This document shows, piece by piece, positions 1-13,086 of a stretch of 64,000 nucleotides of DNA. A model generated the notes under the pieces. It did not search any database. It saw only the letters and a list, made by a program, of their open reading frames with translations, and was not told where the DNA came from. Numbering within the stretch: the stretch's first letter is position 1; every line of letters begins with the position of its first letter. The DNA comes from Octopus vulgaris (lineage: Eukaryota). The translations under genes and the position numbers were made by a program. The DNA lies in assembly GCA_951406725.2 (NCBI GenBank), contig OX597822.1, positions 37,138,001 through 37,202,000 of the forward strand, written 5' to 3'.

Positions 1-612
1 TGTTCTCACCAATGCATCTTTTCTTCTGTTTGTCACTGAGCGCCCTGGGAACAAACTTTGCACAAATTTTGTGCATGTTCAGATTTTCATGAATAAATCT
101 GTGTAGAGTTGCCACACCAGACTTTATGCTTATTGTTTTTATAGACAGTCTTCATCCAGAGAACTGAATAATATCAACCGGCTCTGATGTTCTGATGCCT
201 CACTCCCTCCCACACCTCTCATTGTCTCTTGCCTCCTCTCTGCTGTCCTTAAATCACTTGTGCCAGCAGAAAAACAGATGCTTAGCTTATACAAGTCAAT
301 CCATGACCAGTCTGGATCATTTCATAATTTTCTGTGGCATTTTTACCCTGTTTATCACAAGATTTATTGCATGACAAATTGCATTCACATTCTGACTTCA
401 TTCTGCAAACTTATCAGCTGTGACAAGCGGTGTTTAGTAGTGTATGTTTAAAGTGCTGTTACAGTTGTCTCCTTCAATCTGGTAAAAAAAAAATTGGTTG
501 GTCAGATTATTAAATGTATAGTATTGCTATACTACAATTAGAGTCGTCTAGGACAGTTATGATTACCTCTTCTAAAAAAAAAAAGGCTCAAAATCTCTGG
601 ATGCACCTTGTA
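1..612 (-). mobile_element. Tc1/mariner (mariner-type) transposon remnant, 5' part, running off the window start
   Basis: Minus strand reads LNMHKICAKFVPRALSDKQKKRCI (mariner WVPHEL-type linker) and WHK*FKDSREE (HTH). It contains stops. A TA+CAAGGTGCATCC TIR-like end lies at 599-612. Confidence 0.8.
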
Positions 613-879
613 TTGTTGATTTGGGGAAAGTAGTAAAAAACATGGTACTTTGGTACCTTCAGGGAAATTTCTTTACACAGTATGCAGAAAAGGAGTAGTT
701 ATGAACTCCATATGCTGCAACCTATGTAATCTATAGTCACACAAGAGGTGCAATAGAATTACAAGTAAACTATCAGAGAAAGCAAGCTTCATATATGATA
801 GAGGCATTGGGAATGGATGTACACTGAGCACACCAAAATAGATTTTATTAAACACCTGAATCACTCACTAGAAGTAGTC

Positions 880-1395
880 AATAGTTTTCATTATCTAGGA
901 GATGTAATTAGCAGGGAGGTGACTGCTCTGAAAGTATAGTAGCCAGGTTAAGCTGGAAAAAGTTCAGTGAGTTTCTATTGCTCCTGGTGACAAAAGATTT
1001 TTCCTGCTGAGTGAAGGAGAGATTGTATGATGCTTGTGCTAGAACTGTGATGTTGCATGTTTATGAGACATGAGCCAGGAATATAGAGGACAACTTGGAC
1101 TTGAGAAAAGTAGAAAGAAATGCAGTGAGCATGCTCCATTGGGTGTGCAGGAATGACATAGTGCAAATGTGCTGAGAGAAAAACTGGGTATAAGAGGAAT
1201 CAGATGTAGTATGCAAGAGGAATGACTGTTTGTATGACTCTTGTGTTAGAACAGCAATGCTTGACAAAACAGGAAAGAAATGAAACAAGCATACTTCATG
1301 GGACGTGTAAGTGCTTATGAACAACATAGTACAAATGTACTGAGAGAAAAACTGATCATAAGGAGAACGAAAACTACTTTGGCATGAATATATCA
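880..1395 (+). mobile_element. Degenerate RTE-clade LINE fragment (RT C-terminal region)
   Basis: Frameshifted reading like SIVAR..WKKFSEFL.LLVTK..RLYDACARTVMLH, typical of RTE ORF ends. Internal duplication CAAATGT(G/A)CTGAGAGAAAAACTG near 1164 and 1332. Confidence 0.6.
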
Positions 1396-3304
1396 TGTAT
1401 ATGGGCTTTCAGTTTCCATCTACCAAATCCACTTACAAGGCTGTGGTCAGCCTGAGGCTATAGTGGAAGACACTTGCCCAAGGTGCCACACAGTAGAACT
1501 GAACCTGGAACCATGTGTTTGGAAAGCAAGCTACTTACCAAATAGACACTCCTGCACTAATTGCAAACAAGTACCACTGTCATACAAACTGGGTCGTTTG
1601 TTTACAATCTTCCATGTTGGTATGACCAGCCAATTTTTTTGCTTGTGTTTGAAGAATTGGGGAAAATTACATTGTTTAGAAGCAGATGAAGGTAGGGGAC
1701 TGGAAGATCATATGGCTGTAGAAAATTTGCCTCAACAAATTTTGTTTGATCCATACAAGCATTGAGAAGTGGACATTAAGTGATGATGATGTTGACAATC
1801 AGCCCTACACACACAAGCACACTCAGATGTGAAGTTACATAAGTGAGTCAAGGACCAAGAGTTTTATGAATTGTACTTATCTAACTAAATTGTAAATCCA
1901 CTTTAAAAAAACAAACTCTTTCTCTTTCTCTCTTCCTGTATGTATGTATGTATGTGTATATATGTATGTATGTGTGTGTGTGTACATATGTATGTGTGAG
2001 TGTGTGTGTGTGTAAGATGATCTTAATGTGTTTCCAGTAGTGGAAATGGGTGAAACATCAAATATCTCATATTCACAGCTGTATATTTAAAGTGGTTATG
2101 TTTTATAGATTTATTGATGTAATCTTAAACATGGTTGGTTTTCTTTTTAAGGGTCATAAAATATTGATTTATGACACAAGCTCAAAGGAAGAATAGCTTA
2201 TTATATTGACCCCCCCAGATATTAGTATTGAACAGTTTTACAGCTCCAGAAGGATAAAAAGCATAGTTGGGCTTGGAGGGATTTGAACTCAGTAAAGAGA
2301 TGTAACCAAAGCAACCCACTACTATTAAAATATTACTCACAGTTCTAAACAGTTTCACAACAGTTGTTAGCACTTTGGGCTACTTATTCTGATGCGTTGT
2401 AGTGCACCTGAACACTGTATACAATAAGTTCATTCTATTATCTTATATAATAAGTTCGTTATTGTATTATTAGAAGAGGCAAAGTTGTGAGGAAGCAGCC
2501 CATCTTCGGGCTAGAATTTAAAGTGTGATTGAATGATAAGTTGATGGCTTCTTATAGGACATGGTTTCAGGCTTTCATATGTGTTTGCACAGCACCATCT
2601 TAGGTGTAGGAGCAGCACTCCAATAAAAGTCCAATATAAGCTTTGTAAGAGGGTCAACAACTCTTTGGAACTGAGGTATATTCTGGCTTTGAAGAGAACT
2701 GCTTGACTTTAAGATTCAGTTTTTACAATTGTCATTGTCATCATCATCATCACCACCATCATTTCTATCATCATCGTTCACCCATGCTGGCATAGGTGAA
2801 GTATATGACCACCACTAAGAGAGGAGTATCAGTAATTGTAAGGCATTTCTAGCAATATTTACTTCTCTTCTTTTGTCCACTAATCTCAAAATACAGAAAT
2901 TCAAAAGTTGATCTTTGGTTTTGTTTACAGAAAAATCTCTTTAGTATTTGCTCTGTCAATTTAAGATTAAAGTAACACAAAATCTTGCTACCCCACATAC
3001 TCTTCCTATTAATGGAAAATAAAAATCTGCTACAAGCCTGGACTGGCTGATGTGGCCAGAGCTTATCCAGAATTTCAAGGTGTATTGGCTGAGAGTACAA
3101 GACTTCTCCTGAACAGGATGTCAATCTGCTGCAGGATTAAGTCCCCTGGAAGTGCCACTGGTGCTCATTTTCAACCGAGTGTTTTGTTCAAGGATACAAT
3201 GCATTACCTAGTTTGAGAAATGAACCTACAATCTCACTATTATGAGCCTGACATACTCATCTTTAATTCATATGTCTTGCACTATTTAATAGAAGTGCTA
3301 CAAA

Positions 3305-3840
3305 TGTGAAGGCACATGGCTCAGTGGTTAGAATGTCAGGCTCACTTCCTGGACTGCGCTGTGTGTTGCGTTCTTGAGCAAGACAATTTAATTCATGTTG
3401 CCAGTACCGCCTGACTGGCCTTCATGCCGGTGGCATGTAAAAGCATCCACTACACTCTCAGAGTGGTTAGCATTAGGAAGGGCATCCAGCTGTAGAAACT
3501 CTGCCAAATCAGATTGGAGCCTGGTGCAGCCATCTGGTTTGCCAGTCCTCAGTCAAATCGTCCAACCCATGCTAGCATGGATAGCGGATGTTAAACGATG
3601 ACATTGCTCCAGTTCACTCAGCTGTAGAAATGAGTTACAATGTCACTGGTGCCAAGCTGTATCAGCTTTTGCCTTTCCCTTGGATAATATTCATGGCGTG
3701 GAGAGTGAAGGCTGGCCGGTGTGTGTGGGCAACTGCTGGTCTTCCATAAACAACCTAGCCTGGACTTGTGCCTTGGAGGGAACTTTCTAGGTACAATTCC
3801 ATGGTCATTCATAACCAAAGGGTAATTTTACCCTTTACAA
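3305..3840 (+). mobile_element. tRNA-headed SINE interrupted by a nested SINE of another family (about 3395-3600)
   Basis: Head GGCACATGGCTCAGTGGTTAGA..CTTGAGCAAGAC, then an insert ending GTTAAACGATG, then the host resumes at TTGCTCCAGTTCACTCAGCTG. A related host copy is at about 44935-45230. Confidence 0.7.
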
Positions 3841-4877
3841 ATGTGACTGACACATGGTGACAGAAATAACACATTCAACAAACCATATATGTAGTCATGA
3901 GCAATAATGGTGTTCTCTGAAAAAAAAGCAACCTATCGGTTTAGGTTACTAATCTTTTTATAAGCAGGCCAGGGAAACTCTGTATAGCCACTCATGTTGT
4001 CAGAAATAGAAGCTAAGTTTCCTTAAAATTACGTAATGTAGTTTTAGATATCCTGAGAAAATTTAAATGGTCAAAGCTGGTTTGCCTTCAGTTATAAGAT
4101 TGTATTGGTCAATGTTGGTAATCTAAATGATGTTAAACAACAGCAACTGCTGCTGCTGCTACTACTACTACTGTCACAAACACTAGAAAAGGTGTGAGTC
4201 TCTATGTAGTTGATTTACTTGCTAGAATTTGTAGTCAAATTTCCTTAAGATTGCACCTTTTGTCTTAACAGAAAGACACATTAGATATGATGTACTCCCA
4301 GATACACATTGTCAAAATAAAAATATAAAAAAAGACACACAATGTTCATATCTGGAACATCATCTGAATAAGAAAAAGTAATGCTTTTGTGGATTGCACA
4401 TAGTCATTTGACTACCTGTGCTCCATGGATCTGCTTCATTGGGATTGCTTGGGGCTAAATAACAACTACAGCAACCAGAAAAGGTAACTCTGTTAATGAA
4501 GCAGATTCTTTTGTTAGACAAAGGGCTCTGCATACAACATTAGCCATTGTTTTGTGACATGGCACATGTCTGTCTTCATTTCATACTTCCAGTCCAGTTT
4601 TGGTTGACACAGACCATCTGTAACCTATCTTGATTATATCTTTGTTTTCACAAAGTTGATAGATAACAAGGTTGGAATTTGTAACGTAACCCAGAAGGAC
4701 CATTGATTATTTTATATGTATTTAGAACATGATTTTGTTGAATTTATCTGTTGCTGGCCTTCTTTGAATAGACCTATGAGCAAAGGTGTTCTGACCTTGT
4801 CACATCTACCCTACTTCCAAAAAAAGTGTACCCCAGACTACATTAACCAATGAGCTGCTTTTCTTTGATAATAAAAT

Positions 4878-5195
4878 AATAATAATAATAATAATGAAAT
4901 TATTGTATACAATGTTCAGGTGCTCCACAACTTGTCAAAAAGTGCATATAAAGTATATGCAGTAATATACAAATGTCTGGAAAGCGAACAGTGTATGAGT
5001 CAGATACATGCTTGCGTGTGTATGGAAGGGAGAAAATCAGGTGTAGTGTTGGCGAATCTCAGAAAGCTTTGGAGGTTTTGAAGGATGCAGTGCTCCGACA
5101 ACTAACAACTGATGCTGGCAGTTTGTTCCATGCTTCAGCAACTCTCAGCGTGAAAAAAAGGTTCTGAAAGTCATGGGAACTGTGCTGTTTTCTGA
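4878..5195 (-). mobile_element. CR1/L2-clade LINE 3' end with (TTA)n tail
   Basis: Reverse-complement match to 38983-39281 (TLRVAEAWNKLPASVV region, then GTGCACCTGAGCAC-like 3' end). Confidence 0.85.
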
Positions 5196-5523
5196 TATGA
5201 TAGGATATGGCCTAAAGAAGATTTGGCTGCTATTTGTAGCAGGTCAAGAAGTCACATATAGAGACTTCTTTGTTGGTTCATTAAATGTGTCGCTTTGAAT
5301 ATGGAAGCAGACTTATGGTCAACGGCATTTCAGTTATAAACATCCTTTTTTATATGTAGAGAATACAGAGCTCTACATTATTTAATGTATCTTTTTTGTT
5401 TTTCAACTTTAAAGCTAAATTTAAGGGAGATTTAGTTGCTATCTCTTGCAGTTTAAGCAACAAGGTAGAGGTTCCATTGTTGATATATGAAAGCTTGATC
5501 TATCAACTATGTCCACATTATAT

Positions 5524-5778
5524 CAGTGGTTCTCAACCAGTTTTTACCTATGGACCCCTTTGAATCCTATTTTATTCAGGTAGACCCTCACAGCCATTCA
5601 ATGTTTAAAGAATCTTGTTATATTTTTATGATCAAGTATTATTAAGAATTGCATAAAATAAATTGTTAAATTATTTTGTGTATTGTAGAAGTACAACCAA
5701 TTTATTGCACATAAATTTTGAACAACAGAGTCTTATGTGGACCCCAAGGATCATATGGACTCTGGTGGAGAACCACTG
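5524..5778. mobile_element. hAT (Charlie-like) MITE
   Basis: TIRs CAGTGGTTCTCAACC ... GGTGGAGAACCACTG with subterminal GGACCCC motifs. Degenerate 8-bp flanks. Confidence 0.8.
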
Positions 5779-6243
5779 CTATACATGAAGAAATATTTAT
5801 TAGTTCAGCCAGGCTTAAAAACATAAGTTCCCTATTTATATTTTCTATTAACAAGCTGGAGTTCTTTTAATAATTTTTATTTTAATTCTTCATTTCTTTA
5901 TTTGTTATTATTGTTTAACCACAAGTTGATTCTGACTGTGCAAACCTAAACAAAGATGTTAAAACCATGCCCATCCCATGGACTACTTCAGAAATAGTGG
6001 ACTCTACACAATATTATCAGAGGTGCTCTTTTCGAAAAATGATAGGGGATAAGTTTGAAAGAGATTTGACTGCTATTTCAGGCAAGTTGCGTAACCATAT
6101 AGAAGTTCCCTTGTTGTTTAGCCCCAGGTCAATTCTGGTTGAGCAGACCTATGATCAAAGACATTGCAACTGTGATCCTTATTCCTCTGTGTATTACTGT
6201 CTATGGAACCAAATATTTTGCAGTTTTGTAAAACATTCAGCAT

Positions 6244-6296
<53 letters not shown>

Positions 6297-7049
6297 GATA
6301 AGGATTGTTCAGTGATGGTCTGAATCAGCAGGATGTGGACTGGTAATAAAGACAAGAATTATAATGTTGGTGTGGCATGAAATGAAGTAGAGTGACATTT
6401 TGCATAGAGCCATTTATTGGAGAAGGAAATGGGGATTACAAGAACTTGACCATGTTACAAAATATGGACAATTTGTGTGTGTCTAGAATAATATAGTGTG
6501 TATGTGTGTGTGTGTGGTTATTCACACCACACTTTGAATTGTTTGAAATACATACCACTGAAAGAATGTGTGTTAGTATATGTTTGTGTGTTTGTGGTTA
6601 TTTCCATTGTACATCATAGTTGAATTGCTTAAAACACATACCATTACAAGAATGTGTGTGTGTGATTATTCACATTATACTTCACAGTAAAATGCTGCAA
6701 GAATGTGTATGTGTGTGTGTGTTCAGGCACCACCAAGATTCAAGGGAAACCTATTTAGTAATATTGAGTCAGTCGGCTAAAGACTCTTATTTTTCCACCA
6801 CTCCTTCTTTTACAAAGAGGGGGCATTGTGCCAAGTGAAAAGAGAGAATCAATACTGCAGTGTGAGAATAGCAAGCAGTGAAGTTCCCCCACACCAGTTA
6901 ACTGAGTCCACGACCCACTTTTCATTCTCATATGAAGCCATTTCACTCCACTTCATGATTGCCCTTGAGAAAGGGACACACGTCACACACTCCCATTACC
7001 TCCCCCTATCACTCCCTCTCCTGTTTCTCTCTCTCTCTCTCTCTCAATA

Positions 7050-9750
7050 AATCCGGGGTTTTGTGCCGTCTGTGTAAGCGATCGATATTATTGCTGTGTG
7101 AAGGCAAGCTGGTCTAAATGTTTATAACACTATACACTTTGATGTCTGACGCACACACACGCAGACACACATGTGTTGAGCACGCACGCACTTCTATATT
7201 CAAATCCCGCCGGGGTCAGCTCTGCCTTTGAATCCTGTGTAGTCGATAAATAAATATTATTATTAATCTAATGTGGTCGATTCAATTGACTGTATGTACT
7301 CTCCATCACTTGCAAAATTTGGCCCTATGCCGAACAACAACAGAAACAACAATAATCAATAGTGTTACTTTAATCCTCTGGTGCGTGCAGTGATGTGGCA
7401 GTAATCGATTCTGTGTTCGGATTCCGATTCGAAGTTTCAATGCCTTCGATTCAGTTATGCTACTAATCATCTCGGAAAAGGCAGGAGCATTATAAAATCT
7501 ATCTGTCTGTCCCGTAAAAATAACACAAACTACATATTTAATAAACCTTTATATTTAAATGAAATAAAAATAATAAAGTTATCTCCCTTGAATTTCAACT
7601 CTGATTAGAATCAATAAGTCCACTTTGGAAATAGTTACTCTTCTTACAGTCACACGCCGATTCATATATTCTGTGTACAGTCACTTACTCATTTACTTTC
7701 TTCCCTCCACGTTTCTGTATTTTGTTTTCTAAATTATTCTGTTGGCTGTAACTTTACTTACGGCGAAGTCGACAACGTTATTGATCTCACATTACGGTGA
7801 TTGATTTCGATGAATTTTTTTTTTTTTTTAATACTAGACGATTATATAGTCATGTCTATCTATCTCGAAAGCGGGTTCAAATCCGAGCAACATCATTGTA
7901 ATCTGCTAGATATTTTATCGATCACTTTGGGAAAAAATGAAGAAGCATAACCAAAGACATTAAGGTATATTTTGAAATTTACTATTTCCCCCTCTTTATA
8001 TATATATATATATATATTTACTTATAGTAGATTGCAGTCAAATTTAATTTACGCGCGCGCGAACACAAACATATATATGAATGAATGAGAAGTGCAATAT
8101 TTGTTTATTGATTTTTTTTTCATAATTTATTCGAAAGCAAAAATCCAGGGGTCGATAAGACAAGCACCAATATTACACTGGGGTTGGTTGATTCAATCGA
8201 CTCGGTATTCCTCTCCACCTTACGAAAATTGGCCTAGTGCCTAAGAAAGAAATTACATGTCTGTGTGTCTGTGACTCATGTCTTTGTTCTGATCTCTGTA
8301 TGTTGTTGTTGTTGTTGTTAGTGTTGATGCTGCTGCTGCTGATGGTGCTGCTGTAGTTATCTCCCCTGTCTGTCCTCCGTGTTTGTTGAAGTTAGAAACA
8401 TCTCGGCCTTTAATAATGGCTCGACATTCTCAGAGATCCCAAGGGAACTTTATTCAAATTACAAATGTACAAAACTACTTCATTCTCTTATATGTCGGCT
8501 GAATTTTAAAAAAGTACTATACGAAAATCGAAAGAAAAACAGCTTCATCTATTCACGCCTCTTCACCTCACTTCAGCATCCATTCATGTTCTTTCTGTAA
8601 GTATTTCATTGTTTTATTTACATGACACATTCTCTCTCTTTCCCCCTCTCTCTTTCTCTCACTCTTTCTCCCGCTCTCTGTCTTTCTCTCTCTTCTCTTC
8701 TCTCTCTCATCAAGCCCGGTGTCTACCTTTTGTTCGTTCAAATGTCAGATTTTTTCTCACCCTTAACACTGTTTTTCTGTGTCTTTATCACCATCGGATT
8801 TTTTTTTATTTCGTTAAACCAATGTGGAAGCCCTTACTAACCTCGGCCTTTCTCGCGCACCAGTGTAAGGGATTTCTTATTAAATTTAATGACTTCTACA
8901 GGAGAGGTTTATAATATCTGTAACTCTGCCGATTTGGGACAAGCGTAAAAATGTCCGTAGATCGCTTGGTCAACGAAGATATTAATCGCAAGAGTGGTAC
9001 TGGTGCGGACACAGTAATTATGTAGAAACTAGGGTAGTAAGAGAAATATAAAGGGAAAATATGAGTAAAGCAGAAAACATTTTTTTTTTAGTTTAAGACA
9101 AGGTCATTTTTCTGAGGTTGGAGGTGTAGAGTCAATCGTTTCGACCTTATATTTTTATAGACCTCTCGATTTCTTTTTTCTAATTTTCAACAGAAGTCGA
9201 TCTTGGCTGAATTTGAACTTAAAACCGCGAAGCTAAATAGAAATACTCTGAACAATTCTAAGAGGCGATTTACTATCTTAGATATTTTCAGTAATATTTT
9301 TTATTTTGAAAAATTTTGACCGGGGGACAAAGAAAGAGGGAAAATATGTGATTGCATGCATCTTTGTTTTTGAAATTTGTGTTGTTGTTGTTATTATTAT
9401 TGTTATTGTTAATAATAAACTCCCTTCAAATTGCTAGAATTATTATTAATTTATTTAACACAAACAAGAAAAAATCTGATATTTGTCCAGATACATCTGA
9501 ATTTCAGAAAATTTCATTTCAGATTGTACCCACCCACCTGAAATTGGTTTTCTCTTTTTTATATCACCGGGTCAATATTTCGCGGCTTCCGACTTAAGGC
9601 TTGCCAAACCTTCTGCTAGAGATTTTGTTTTTGAAAGAGAACAATAATCGGTTTTTATGCTATGTATTTATTGATTGATTCAGTCGCATCAGATCACACA
9701 ACATAGCCAAAATGGCTGCATAATAGCCGGGTTATGTTACCCATATCGAT
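7050..9750. promoter_or_regulatory. CpG-retaining, SINE-poor island; likely unmethylated promoter region of ZNF-1, possibly bidirectional
   Basis: Visibly more CG dinucleotides than the flanks (not computed). Contains the conserved cassette at 8351-8603. Confidence 0.6.
8351..8603 (+). promoter_or_regulatory. Conserved promoter / non-coding first-exon cassette, copy 1; splice donor GTAAGT at 8597
   Basis: Colinear identical blocks shared with 46386-46574: CTGTAGTTATCTCCCCTGTCTGTCC, CAGAGATCCCAAGGGAACTTT, AAATTACAAATGTA, CTTCATCTATTCAC, TTCT|GTRAGTATTT. Confidence 0.7.
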
Positions 9751-10623
9751 TCTGTCTTGGATAATGATGCCTATTGATTTCTACCACTTAAAGATTTGTT
9801 TTATTCGAACATATATATATGTGTGTGTGTGTGTATATAGTTTGAACTCAGGTGGTTATTACATTCCTCTGTAGGTTTGTCCGCAGATTGGTGAAAGTAT
9901 TCCTTTATTTGGTTATACAAACGCGCACACACACGATAGCCAATTCCTCATGGCCGTCTGTTTATTAGCCCCAGGTCAGCCTTGATTCAACAAACTTCTG
10001 AGCAGAGGTATTCCGGCCATGTCCACCCTATCTATATTACAGATATGATGTATCTAGTATCACGTTATCCAATATAGATAGATTTCTTGAGTTTTAAGAC
10101 GGTATGACGTTATTTATGGGAAATTTGGCTTCTGTTTGTAGAAGGCCAGCCGACCAGGTAGAGACTGCCGTGTATGCTGGAGGATCTTAGATCTATAGAG
10201 TAGAGCAAAGATGAAAAATTACCCTGAAGACAAGGAATAGATCTACAGTTTAAACTGGTGAGCTGGTCACACATATATTTCTGAGTTGCATTTATTTGGC
10301 AAATGCCTTGATCTAGGACCAAATATTGAAAATGAAATATCAAAGTAGAGTCGTTTTAGCTGTTTGTGTGTATGGATATATCTGTATAGATGTATGTGTG
10401 TGTCTTCTGTGAAAACGTGTTCGCCCATGGGAAACAGGTAAGGACTGGCAACAAGAAGAGCATTGAGCTGTAGAAATTATACTTCAATGAATTCTATCTG
10501 ACCCCTGCAAGCACAGAAAAGTGAGCGTTAAAAAGTACGATGACATATCAATGTTTGTATGTGTGTTTTAAATATAATGATATATGTATGTGTGTTACAT
10601 ATCTCTCTCTCTATCTATCTATC

Positions 10624-10681
<58 letters not shown>

Positions 10682-12037
10682 GTACATTTAATGATTTTTG
10701 TTTGCTACAGTGGTGTTTGATTAGAAGGGCATTACAAGGACAGGTTATGATTTGTAGGAGTAGGGGTACATAAAAAAGATGTGGGAGAGAGTTGGGATAA
10801 AAAGTATATACAGTGTACAAAATGTGAACACATGTATGATGTGGTCCTCCTGATACAGAAGACCCTCCAGCTATGGTCAGTCAAGGAACCATCCAGATCC
10901 ACAATCAAACTGACCACTAAGACCTCAAACTGTAACTAAAATGTTGTTCTCCAATCTATAGGTACATACTTAGAATAGTTCCATTCACATTGATCATGCT
11001 TGCTTCAGTCACCTGCCTTTTAACCAAGTGAAATGTGGAAAAGTCAATGAAAGCATTTGTCCTTAGTCCTCTCTTTATCCACCACACATCCTCTTTCACC
11101 ATCAGACAGAGGAACACTGCTTGCTTTGTCTTGTAAAAAACAGGTGGTGTGGCAATCCTCATGACAGACTTAGCCAGTAGCCAGATTTGTTCTATATGCA
11201 ATGACAGCTGTTTGACATAACTCCACATACATTAATATATATGTACTGTGTGTATATATGTATGTATACTTATGTATATATATATGTGTGTGTGTGCATA
11301 TATATATATAATACGTGTGCGTGTGTGCATACACATATGTATAAATTTATATATAATATCAAATGCTTAAAGCTAATTTAATTAGTGATCTGAAGGTTGC
11401 AGGTTCAACTCCCTCTGTAGTTGTACGTTCTCTTTTAGGTGCGGGCATGACTGTATGGTTAAGAAACACACTTTGCAACCACATGGTCTCAGGTTCAGTC
11501 CCACTGCACAGCACTTTGGGCAGGTGTCTTCTACTTTAGCTCTGGAAACCAGTATGTGTGTTTCTTCGTGACTGTATTTGTTTCTGCTATTGTATGGCAA
11601 CCGGTGCTGGTTTCTTTATGTTCCCATAACTTAGTGCTTCTGCAGAAAGGAGTGATAGAATAAGTACGTTACCTAAAGATAAGTAAAATTCTTCAAGGCA
11701 GCCCAAGCACGACATCTATATATACACATATATATGTACAAAATTTGTGTATGTGTGTGCATATATATATGTACAGTTCCGTTATTGGTGAGATCAAAAA
11801 GAGCTATCATTTAATATACACAAGATTTAAATTCAAGCATATATATTCATGTATGTATGTATGTATATATATTTATATATATATATATGTATGTATTTGT
11901 CTCTCTCCATATATGTGTGTGTGAATGGTTGTATACATTCATATGTGTCTGTGTGCTTTTAAATATATATATATATATTTAAAACACACACACACACACA
12001 CATATATAAATGTAAACACTTTCCCAAATAAAATTGC

Positions 12038-12140
12038 ACTTCATTTTTTGAGCTCTGATGAAGCTAATGGGTGATACACAAGCATTCAACTCTTGAGTGC
12101 ATTACATCTTGTAGCAGAAACAGCTGTAAGCTAATGAAGT
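12038..12140 (+). ncRNA. Type I hammerhead ribozyme motif, Penelope-like (palindromic stem III)
   Basis: AGCT-CTGATGA-aGCTA...TAGCa-GAAA-CAGCTG-TA-AGCT. Stem I is extended by ACTTCATT(12038-45)/AATGAAGT(12133-40). Confidence 0.75.
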
Positions 12141-12204
12141 TCATGACATGCTTTCTTATTCCCTTGTCATTTTAATTTCTTATGTATGTGTATGTGTGTA
12201 TCAC

Positions 12205-12420
12205 TTGATCACGTGACTGACCTGGCCGACAGAAGAAAGAGTGAGAGAAATTTGTGGTGAGAGAGTACAGCAGGGATCACCAGCACCTACTGCTGGAGCC
12301 TCATGGTGCTTTAGATATTTTCGCTCAATAAACACTCACAACACCTAGTCTGGGAATCAAAACCGTGATCCTACGACCGCGAGTCCACTGCCCTAACCAC
12401 TGGGCCATTGTGCCTCCACA
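12205..12420 (-). mobile_element. tRNA-derived SINE
   Basis: Minus strand GGAGGCACAATGGCCCAGTGGTTAGGGCAGTGGACTCGCGG.. A-box-like head with a degenerate B box. Confidence 0.7.
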
Positions 12421-12446
12421 CGTGTGTGTGTATGTATGTATGTATG

Positions 12447-12508
<62 letters not shown>

Positions 12509-13015
12509 ATCATTGTTTTAACATTCACCTTTCCATGCTCTCATGTGTCATAATTTGACGAAGAAGATTTTCTATGGCTGTTTCTAAGTAAAGTAATGTT
12601 CCTCCAAAACCAGACATGTTTTCACAAATGACTGAAAATGGAGGACACCTCTTGAATAAGGCTAGAATTCATTCACAGCTAACATGTTTGGTCAAAGGAA
12701 GGAGAGAGAGAGACACACATACATACACACTCCTATAAATCTGATGAGCTTCTTTCAGTTTCTGTTTATCAGATCTACTGATAAGGCTTTGATGGACCCA
12801 GGACTATATCCTTGGAAAGTCACTTTCCTGTGCCACCTTAAGAAAGTCACTTTCTCAAGGTGCCATTCAGTGGGAATGAACCTGAAAGCATGTCGTTGAG
12901 AAGCAAACTTCTTACCACATGGCCATGACTGTCTGTTTATGTGTATATCTGTATATATAAGTGTGTGTTTGTGTGGAGATATCTGTAGGCACATGCACAC
13001 ACGAACATACATAAA

Positions 13016-13023
13016 TAGATAGG

Positions 13024-13066
<43 letters not shown>

Positions 13067-13086
13067 GTAGATAGATAGATAGATAG
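13016..13086. repeat. (GATA)n microsatellite
   Basis: Direct inspection. Confidence 0.95.

Noticed and set aside
12741-12760. CTGATGA hammerhead-like core
   Set aside because: A variant of the SINE-A segment ACGACGGGCTTCTTTCAG, with no paired GAAA/stem geometry. CTGATGA hits inside the ZNF-1 CDS are codon coincidences.
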